A DNA stretch of 64,000 nucleotides. Origin: Verrucomicrobiia bacterium. GTDB lineage: Bacteria > Verrucomicrobiota > Verrucomicrobiia > Limisphaerales > UBA1319. The notes under the pieces are model-generated. The model saw only the letters and a program-made list of their open reading frames with translations, made no database searches and was not told the DNA's origin. The DNA lies in contig OY760937.1 in NCBI GenBank assembly GCA_963664225.1, forward strand, positions 1,568,001 to 1,632,000, written 5' to 3'. Of this stretch, positions 56,893-64,000 are shown piece after piece. Each line of letters begins with the position of its first letter. Position 1 is the first letter of the stretch. The position numbers and the translations under genes were made by a program.

Positions 56893-59385
56893 TCACGGCA
56901 TCGCGATCCTATACCAGCGCATTGGATGCCTCCCCGCATCGGCATCGATGAGTCTCCCAGCCCCCGCAGAATCGGTCTGGTTGGTGCTCAGATTACTCCA
57001 GGCCGCTTCCGCCAGCGCATCCCTGCATTGCAGCACGTAAGCCTGCCCCGTGCGCCCGCTGAAACTTATCGTGGCCACCCCCTCCTGATAATCCATCGAA
57101 CGGATCACGATCGTTTCCGTGCTCGCTGCCGCACCCGCCTCGACCGCAGTTTGCGTTGCGGTCGGTGTATTCGTCGTGCCTGAGAGATGCGGCACTGGAA
57201 ACCGCCGATGCGTGTTTAATTCCGCCAATCCGATGAACCGGTTCTTGAACGTCTCATCCAGCGACCCGTCGGAATTCACCCGGGCCAGATGCTGGCGTGG
57301 AACCCCATTCACTCTGTCGAAAAATCCGCAGATGACAATCCGTCCATCGTTTTGAATCGCCATGTCCATGACGCGCCCTTCTAACGAACTGGCGGTTTTG
57401 CATTTGAAACCGGGGTCCGTCGAGCCATTCTTTTCGAGCCGGACCACCCCGGACGCGTCTTCCCCATTGATGGTCCCGATCAGCCCCGACACCAGTATCC
57501 TTCCGCTCCCATCCGTCTTAAGCGTGATGGAACTTCGGATATCGGCCTCGTATCGATTCGTGAAACTGAAATCAGGCCGCCAATTCCGGTCAAAACGCAT
57601 CAGCCGGCCGCGCGCTTTCATGGCGCCATCAACAACCTCATCCCGTATCGCCAGAATGGCGCCTCCATCCGGCAAACGCACCGCATACCGGCAAAGCTCA
57701 ATGGGCACTTCCTCAAAAAGCGCCTGGAACACCACCGCCGCATCCACCGCGGACGGAGCTTCCGTCCAGCGCTCAAAAGGAAGATCGACCGCAGGCGCCT
57801 TTCCGGGCAGATCGGATGCGGGCGCTCCAGCCTGAAAGGGAGGTCTCCGCGCCGCGGGCGTGTCGCGCGTCCAGTCAATCGCTTTTCGAGTCCAGAATCC
57901 GACAGGCCCCAGTGTAAGAACCAATCCCGAAGGTCGTGAAAATTCCCCATTCGATGAAATCGCGGGAATTGGCAAAACCGGCGCCCCCGTCGCGTCCAGC
58001 CGATGCACCGTCCAGGGATAGGGCGCCCTCGGTCCATCGACCGCCGCGCTCATCACCGCCATCGTGCCATCGCTAAGCAGCGCGGCAGGAACAATTCCAC
58101 CCGGCAGATACGGTCTTCCGGGAACATTCGTCCTCCCGCGCCAGGGCTCGAATGCCTCATCCACACGCCCATCGGACATTAACATCGCATAGCCCGGTCT
58201 CTTCCTTTCATCCACCGCATCGAACAGGCCCGAGGTGAAAATCCTGCCATCGTCACAAACCGTTGCATGCGCGTTCATGGCGCTGGATCCCGGCAGCGTC
58301 ACACTGGAGAAAAAGGTGCGATCCAGAGAACCGTCGGGTTGGAGCCGTAACGCCGCCCGCCTGAAATAGCCAAGCGATCCCGACTCCGGATCCGTGAAGT
58401 AACCGAACAGGCTTGCCGCCACCACAATCCTGCCGTCCGCCTGCAGCGCCAATCCGCCCGGGGGAGAACTCAGGGACATGAACGCGGCCTCTGCTAGTGG
58501 TTCGCGCACTTCTGTTCCGTCCGGAGCTTCAGCCAGACCTGAACCCGACGCCACTACCTGATTCGTGCCAGCAACCTTCTCCGCTGGTGTCCCGGACGGC
58601 CCATGGTTGACCATCGCGGTGAAGAGGACGCCTCCGGTCACCAGTGCGGTCGCCCCCAAACCAATAAGCCATTTGTATTTCGCCCAGGCCATCACATTGG
58701 GCACGGTCTTGGCGAGCGCCAAAACGGTTGTGGAAGCGCCTCCACCATTTAAAGCCATTCCCACAACCCCCGCCGCCATTCCTATTGGCGCGGCCTGCAC
58801 CGAATGGGCCGTCAGCGCTCCCGCAATGGCCGTGCCCGTCATGACTACACCGCGCTTGGCAAAATATTTTCGCAATCTCTCCAGTGCGCGCGACACCCGC
58901 TTTTGCGCCACCTCAGGACTCACCTTCAGCGCCATGGCGATTTCCGCTCCAGTTTTCCTCTCAAAATAGCGCAGCACCAGCGCGGCACGATCCGTTTCTC
59001 CCAGCGACGTCATCGCCTCCTCCAGCATAGGGGATAGTTGCTGCCACGCGGAATTGGGATCGTCGTTTGGCAGTGCGGATTGCATGTAAGCCTCCTGTTC
59101 TCGACGTTGACGTCGGCGCTGGATTTTCAAGGCATCCGCCGCCGCGTACAGCGCGGCCCGATACAACCACGCGGATAGGATGGTGTTGGGCCCGAGCGTC
59201 CCAGCCTTGCGCGCCAGAATGACGAATACGGCTTGCGTAACGTCCTGCGCCAGATGCGAGTCGCCCACCTGCCGAAGCGCCGCCGAGTGGACCAGCCCAA
59301 TGTACCGCTCCACCAGCGCGGCAAAGGCCGACTCGGATTGGCTGGCGACAAACTCCCGCACCAACGCCATGTCGTCGTTCATCAT
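56893..59385 (-). CDS. ECF sigma-70 factor fused via TM to Delta-60 (DUF5122) repeats and a C-terminal beta domain
   Basis: AQDVTQAVF.ILARKA, AQKRVSRALERLR; repeats LQADGRIVV, RLQPDGSLDRTF, IQNDGRIVI, RVNSDGSLDETF. Confidence 0.88.
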   Translation of the reverse strand: MMNDDMALVREFVASQSESAFAALVERYIGLVHSAALRQVGDSHLAQDVTQAVFVILARKAGTLGPNTILSAWLYRAALYAAADALKIQRRRQRREQEAYMQSALPNDDPNSAWQQLSPMLEEAMTSLGETDRAALVLRYFERKTGAEIAMALKVSPEVAQKRVSRALERLRKYFAKRGVVMTGTAIAGALTAHSVQAAPIGMAAGVVGMALNGGGASTTVLALAKTVPNVMAWAKYKWLIGLGATALVTGGVLFTAMVNHGPSGTPAEKVAGTNQVVASGSGLAEAPDGTEVREPLAEAAFMSLSSPPGGLALQADGRIVVAASLFGYFTDPESGSLGYFRRAALRLQPDGSLDRTFFSSVTLPGSSAMNAHATVCDDGRIFTSGLFDAVDERKRPGYAMLMSDGRVDEAFEPWRGRTNVPGRPYLPGGIVPAALLSDGTMAVMSAAVDGPRAPYPWTVHRLDATGAPVLPIPAISSNGEFSRPSGLVLTLGPVGFWTRKAIDWTRDTPAARRPPFQAGAPASDLPGKAPAVDLPFERWTEAPSAVDAAVVFQALFEEVPIELCRYAVRLPDGGAILAIRDEVVDGAMKARGRLMRFDRNWRPDFSFTNRYEADIRSSITLKTDGSGRILVSGLIGTINGEDASGVVRLEKNGSTDPGFKCKTASSLEGRVMDMAIQNDGRIVICGFFDRVNGVPRQHLARVNSDGSLDETFKNRFIGLAELNTHRRFPVPHLSGTTNTPTATQTAVEAGAAASTETIVIRSMDYQEGVATISFSGRTGQAYVLQCRDALAEAAWSNLSTNQTDSAGAGRLIDADAGRHPMRWYRIAMP

Positions 59386-59397
59386 TCACCTATTCAT

Positions 59398-59421
59398 GGA
59401 CGCAGATCGCCGAATCGGACA
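59398..59421 (-). promoter_or_regulatory. Putative ECF autoregulatory promoter
   Basis: Minus strand TGTCCG...CGTCC just upstream of the start. Confidence 0.35.
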
Positions 59422-59536
59422 ATCTTTTTGATGAAACGATTTTCGACTTATTTTGAACAAGGTCGTTATTTTGGAGTCTTCTACTTTGTGATACAAAGTT
59501 ATCAGCTTAACAAAGTTTAGCCTAGGTATAGTCCTT

Positions 59537-61084
59537 ATGCGCATTCTTTTGCTCAATCCACCGCACAATGCCATCGGCAGCCGGATTCCTCTCGAACATC
59601 TCCCTCCCCTCGGCCTTTTATGCCTGGGCGGCCCTCTCCTTGACGCCGGTCACCAGGTCCATCTCTTCGATGCCGAGTTTGGCCCGGCTTCGATGGACGC
59701 GATTCTGGCCCAGGTGCGCCGCCACAAACCGCAGGCCGTCTTGATTGGCCATTCAGGATCGACCTCCGCGCATCCCGTCGTCGTTGCCATCACCCGCGCC
59801 ATCCGCAGGGAACATCCCGGCATCTGGATCATCTATGGCGGCGTGTTTCCCACCTTTCACTGGCGCGACATCATGGAGCGGGAAACGCAAATCGACATCA
59901 TCGTGCGGGGCGAAGGCGAGGAAACCATCGTTCGCTTGATCTCCGCGCTGGAAACCGGGACACCCCTGGGGGAAGTGCCCGGCATCGTCTATCGTGCTGC
60001 AAACACGCATCATCCCGACGAACCTGGCACGGCTATGGCCACCGTCCCGGCACGAATCGTCGAGAATCTGGATCGCCACAGGGTGGGTTGGGAATTGATC
60101 GATCACAAGCGCTACAGCTATTGGGGCAATCGTCGCGCGGTCGTGGCCCAATTCTCACGCGGCTGTCCGCATCGCTGCAATTACTGCGGCCAGCGTGAAT
60201 TCTGGAAACGCTGGCGTCACCGGGACCCCGTCACATTCGCTGCCGAACTGGCCCGGCTTTACCGCGAACACGGCGTGGAGGTGATTAATTTTGCCGACGA
60301 AAATCCTACCGCGTCCCGCCCGGCCTGGCGCGCCTTTCTCGAGGCGCTCATCGCGGAAAAAGTCCCGCTGATTCTCGTGGCCTCCACCCGCTCGGACGAC
60401 ATCGTCCGCGACGCCGATATTCTGCATCTCTACAAGAAAGCGGGCGTCGCGCGTTTCCTTCTTGGCATGGAGAGCACGGATGAGCGGACTCTTGAGAAGA
60501 TTCAAAAGGACAGCCACGCATCCACCGATCGCGAGGCCATCCGGCTGTTGCGCAAAAACGGCATTCTCTCAATGGTGGCCTATGCCACGGGGTTTCAGGA
60601 GGAGACGGATGCGGACTACTTTCGCACCTTGCGCCAGATTGTTTCCTATGATCCGGACCAGATCCAGGCACTCTATGTCACGCCGCATCGCTGGACACCG
60701 CTGGCGCAAATGGAATCGGGGCGTCGCGTGATCCAGATGGACCTGCGCAAATGGGATTACAAACACCAGGTGCTGGCCTCGAAAAACATGCCACCCTGGC
60801 GCATGCTACTCTGGTTGAAGCTCATTGAAGCGGCCGTTCAGCTCCGGCCCAAGTCGCTCTGGCGCGTTTTGGCCCATCCCGATCCCGGACTGCGCCGGGC
60901 CATGCGCTGGTATTACCAAATCGGCCGCCGTGTCTGGCCCTATGAACTCTGGAATTTTATATTCAACGACCGACGTATCGAAAACGGTCCCACGCTGGGC
61001 GAATTCTGGGGACCGGATCGCCGTGCCGAACCAGTGCGTGGCCCTGTCTCAGCCATCGCGAAACACTTCGAGATTCACGCGTAA
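59537..61084 (+). CDS. B12-binding radical SAM protein (BchE-like family)
   Basis: PPLGL, YGGVFPT, VRGEGE, SRGCPHRCNYC, FADEN. Confidence 0.88.
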   Translation: MRILLLNPPHNAIGSRIPLEHLPPLGLLCLGGPLLDAGHQVHLFDAEFGPASMDAILAQVRRHKPQAVLIGHSGSTSAHPVVVAITRAIRREHPGIWIIYGGVFPTFHWRDIMERETQIDIIVRGEGEETIVRLISALETGTPLGEVPGIVYRAANTHHPDEPGTAMATVPARIVENLDRHRVGWELIDHKRYSYWGNRRAVVAQFSRGCPHRCNYCGQREFWKRWRHRDPVTFAAELARLYREHGVEVINFADENPTASRPAWRAFLEALIAEKVPLILVASTRSDDIVRDADILHLYKKAGVARFLLGMESTDERTLEKIQKDSHASTDREAIRLLRKNGILSMVAYATGFQEETDADYFRTLRQIVSYDPDQIQALYVTPHRWTPLAQMESGRRVIQMDLRKWDYKHQVLASKNMPPWRMLLWLKLIEAAVQLRPKSLWRVLAHPDPGLRRAMRWYYQIGRRVWPYELWNFIFNDRRIENGPTLGEFWGPDRRAEPVRGPVSAIAKHFEIHA

Positions 61085-61408
61085 GGCCGCCAACCGATGG
61101 TTCCTGCGGAAACCGTTGCGCTTGCATTAAACAGGACGCTTATCCAAGTTGGGATCGCATTAATGCAGGATCGTCCAAAGGGCGCACAGGGCAGTGCTCG
61201 TACTGGTCTAATCTTCTTTGCCCGGTCATGGAACGTCTGGCAACACCGCCAGGGTTCCCTGATGTGGTTTTATTCATCACGTCCGGCGTTTGATTGGTTT
61301 GTCCGCGTTCAGCATTGGAAAACAGCCCTGACCTGAAAAAGTATTTCATAATGTTATTGAGTGGTGAACCGCATGGTTTGAGTCGGCTTTGTTGAAACGA
61401 TACAACGA

Positions 61409-61516
61409 TTAACGGCGCACGAGTAGAATCAACACAATGATGACAAGAAGGAATCCAACCGAGCCTCCGCCGACCCAGATGAGATTGCCAAGAATGGGTG
61501 AGAATAAAATATGCAT
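61409..61516 (-). CDS. 35-aa single-TM small protein
   Basis: Manual translation MHILFSPILGNLIWVGGGSVGFLLVIIVLILLVRR; below the ORF track cut-off. Confidence 0.55.
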   Translation of the reverse strand: MHILFSPILGNLIWVGGGSVGFLLVIIVLILLVRR

Positions 61517-61912
61517 GCTTTGTCTTTCGTTTTCGATGGCCGTCATTCGCCACCATTTCCTACATCAACGTTAAGTGATGCTGCAAATGCTGCCATGGGG
61601 TGAAACCCTAACGACTGCACGCGGGAGTGGGCTTGTGAAGAATGCCAAAACGCCTGAATTATTTGAGAAACCGGTTTCGACGCGAAGAAGGGATGTATGC
61701 CTCCGGCTCAGTGAAGGACTTTTGGCCGGCAATCAAAGGTAGGGTTTCACCCCATATCGTTCGAGCAGATTTCAAGCGATCCTATCCTTGCACAAGATTC
61801 AGACGTCACGTCCAACTAAATGATAGCGTCAGATCGGACGTTCCTGTTCCGGATTTCGGGTTAACGACGCCTTGCGCTTTCGCAATGCTGGATAGTCATT
61901 TTATTGCGCACG

Positions 61913-62554
61913 ATGAAAACAATTGCAAAGGCACTCCCTCCGGAACAACTCGAAGGCAGGGCTGACAAGAGTTTTGCAAAAGACTTTCCTGTCGTTTGCG
62001 TTGGCGGTTCAGCCGGTGGGCTCGACGCATTTACGCGGCTACTCCAACATTTGCCGACTGATATGGGGGCGGCCGTCGTCATCGTTAATCATGTGAGAAA
62101 CGTGGACACCCGGCTGCATGAAATTCTTCCGCGCTTCACGACGATGCCGGTTGAATTGATCACAGAACGATTGGATATCCGGCCCAACCATGTATTCATC
62201 ATCCCCACGCAGCGCGACTTGCATGTCCTCAATGGAGAGTTTCGCTTGAAGCCCATATCCAAACCGCGGGGATGGCCCGACGTGATCACGGTGTTTCTGC
62301 GATCCCTCACCCATCACTGGGATGGGAAACTGATCGCGGTCATTGTCTCGGGCTACGATGGCGATGGGGCCGCCGGGCTGTGCGGGATCAAGGAAGTGGG
62401 CGGCATTACCATCGCACAGAAGCTCGACACAGCCATTCAGCCCGATATGCCGGAGAGCGCCATCGCAAGCGGGTGCATCGATTTTGTTCTTTCACCCGAG
62501 GATATCGCTGTAAAAATTGGCCAGATTGCAAAAGCCACTCCAAAGGCTGGGTGA
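61913..62554 (+). CDS. cheB: Stand-alone CheB-type methylesterase domain
   Basis: GGSAGG, VNH, SGYDGDG..G, PDMP.SAI; no receiver domain. Confidence 0.85.
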   Translation: MKTIAKALPPEQLEGRADKSFAKDFPVVCVGGSAGGLDAFTRLLQHLPTDMGAAVVIVNHVRNVDTRLHEILPRFTTMPVELITERLDIRPNHVFIIPTQRDLHVLNGEFRLKPISKPRGWPDVITVFLRSLTHHWDGKLIAVIVSGYDGDGAAGLCGIKEVGGITIAQKLDTAIQPDMPESAIASGCIDFVLSPEDIAVKIGQIAKATPKAG

Positions 62555-62627
62555 AACCGGGTCCTGCTTGTGATTCAGGACCCGATCCCTTTCTTGCACT
62601 CAAACGTCTTGCCAGACGTAACGACGT

Positions 62628-63098
62628 CTATTCGCCGGCCTGAATCGCGAGAAAATTCTGAATACCCATCTGCTTGATTTGATCCAGTTTCTCCTCGATC
62701 TCATTCACATGCCTGTCTTCATCCTTTAGATTTCCCTCCAGAATTTCCTTCGTGGCATTGTCGCCCAGATCGGTGGCCAATTTGACCGCCTTATTGTAAT
62801 TCCCCACCGCCGTCATTTCGGAGGCCAGGTCGTTGGCGCACTGCTGCGGAACATCGGCGCCAATATGGACCTTGTTCAGCACTCCGACGACCGGCGTGCC
62901 TTCCAGAAACAAAATCCGCTCGATCAGCTTTTCGGCATGCTTCATTTCCGTGATGGCGCGCGCGCCTACGGATTTCTTCAGCTTGCGGTAGCCCCAATTC
63001 TCGGCCATTTCCCCATGCACGACATACTGATTGATCGCGGTCAATTCATCGGCCAGCAATTCGTTGAGTGCGTGCAGCAGTTTCTCATTGCCCTTCAT
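62628..63098 (-). CDS. bfr: Bacterioferritin
   Basis: MKG...LNELLADELTAINQY, EMKHA..LIERILFLEG.P, DEDRH. Confidence 0.93.
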   Translation of the reverse strand: MKGNEKLLHALNELLADELTAINQYVVHGEMAENWGYRKLKKSVGARAITEMKHAEKLIERILFLEGTPVVGVLNKVHIGADVPQQCANDLASEMTAVGNYNKAVKLATDLGDNATKEILEGNLKDEDRHVNEIEEKLDQIKQMGIQNFLAIQAGE

Positions 63099-63139
63099 TT
63101 CGGTATCCTCCTGTTTTGCGCCCTTGCGGAGGCGCGGGT

Positions 63140-63772
63140 TTATTTCAGTTGCGATGCGGCAAACTCCCAGTTCGCCAGATGTTCCAGGAAGGCTTCCACG
63201 AAATCCTTCCGTCGGTTCTGGTAGTCCAGATAATAGGCGTGCTCCCACACATCGCAGGCCAGGATCGCGGTTTGTCCGTGAGCCGCCGGGGTATCCGCGT
63301 TGGAGGTCTTCATGATCTTCAACACCTCGCCCTCTTGAACCAGCCAGGCCCAGCCGCTGCCAAACTGCGCCAGGGCTGCTGTCGCGAAGGCCTTTTTGAA
63401 TTCGTCGAAACTCTGGAAGGACTTGTCAACCATCTTCAATAGTCGTCCCGTCGGCTTGCCGTTGCCGCCGCCTTTCATGCTTTTCCAGAAAAAGGTGTGG
63501 TTCCAGACCTGGGCCGCGTTGTTGAAAATGGCCGCCTTGTCGGTGGCACCCGCGGTTTCCGTGATGATCTTATCCAGCGGCTGCCCCACCCATGACGTGC
63601 CCGCTGCCAGCTTGTTCAGGTTATCGACGTATGCCTGGTGGTGCTTGCCGTAATGGAAACTCATGGTCTTGGCGGAAATGGAAGGCTCCAGCGCGTCCTG
63701 GGCGTAAGGCAACGGCGGCAGTTCAAACTCCGTCGTGGCGATAATGGGATGTTTCGATTCAGGTTTATTCAT
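63140..63772 (-). CDS. sodB: Fe/Mn superoxide dismutase, probably Fe type
   Basis: HYGKHHQAY, FNNAAQVWNHTF, FGSGWAW, DVWEHAYY. Confidence 0.93.
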   Translation of the reverse strand: MNKPESKHPIIATTEFELPPLPYAQDALEPSISAKTMSFHYGKHHQAYVDNLNKLAAGTSWVGQPLDKIITETAGATDKAAIFNNAAQVWNHTFFWKSMKGGGNGKPTGRLLKMVDKSFQSFDEFKKAFATAALAQFGSGWAWLVQEGEVLKIMKTSNADTPAAHGQTAILACDVWEHAYYLDYQNRRKDFVEAFLEHLANWEFAASQLK

Positions 63773-64000
63773 AAAAGCTCCTTGGGACTGAAAACATCGT
63801 TAAAATGTCTAAAGATAATCAACCCCGCCATGGGGTGTATTCCCCATGGACAACTCTCTTTTTTAGAACCAGGTGAACAGCGCGTGCCATGAGTGGAATT
63901 CCCCTGGCCCATCAAAAGTGCGCGACCGGCCATACAGTGCCGCAACAAAAACCTCAGACCTGAAGGAATGCCAGAAGGTCGGCATTGAGTTGGTCTTTGT

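Noticed and set aside
59537..61084. Radical SAM gene as a hopanoid methylase partnered with shc
   Set aside because: About 34 kb away, outside the element, and no feature I can tie to HpnP or HpnR
62628..63248. 206-aa extended bacterioferritin in the ORF track
   Set aside because: The extension overlaps sodB; the true start is MKGN at 63098 with a GGAGG RBS

Overview
Bacterial DNA, most likely Verrucomicrobiota (inferred from DUF1559/prepilin and ECF-sigma fusion proteins; not verified). 1-7.9 kb: sulfate assimilation operon (cysH-cysD-cysN) joined to a sulfur-carrier module (ThiS-like, O-acetylhomoserine sulfhydrylase, ThiF/MoeB, JAMM protease, sulfite reductase running off the left edge), with a divergent Rrf2 regulator. 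8.2-10.5 kb: IS debris, in which two different istB 3' halves are joined back to back by a perfect 36-bp palindrome and one is interrupted by an intact IS630. 10.5-26 kb: a long minus-strand envelope gene run (PagL-like, RND pump, SxxC thioredoxin), a GAF sigma-54 activator, and exbD-shc; shc carries a diverged copy of the thioredoxin promoter and leader. 26-30 kb: pseudogenes, an AT-rich secreted beta-helix gene and a strongly structured non-coding block. 30-43.9 kb: core of an integrative element (two VirD4-like ATPases, Replic_Relax-type protein, primase, ArdC, RadC, HTH regulators, large serine recombinase) inserted in comM, with four copies of a promoter-proximal TTGCC-N6-GGCAA box and no recognisable mating-pair genes. 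43.9-50.5 kb: three tandem comM 5' ends that bracket an ECF sigma/prepilin-DUF1559 fusion and a GH43 gene. 50.6-64 kb: DUF434, Rh50-type ammonium channel, DUF262-HNH, DUF2959, PQQ propeller, ECF-Delta60 fusion, B12 radical SAM, CheB, bfr, sodB. No rRNA, tRNA or CRISPR array was seen. All family calls come from reading motifs by eye, not from database searches.
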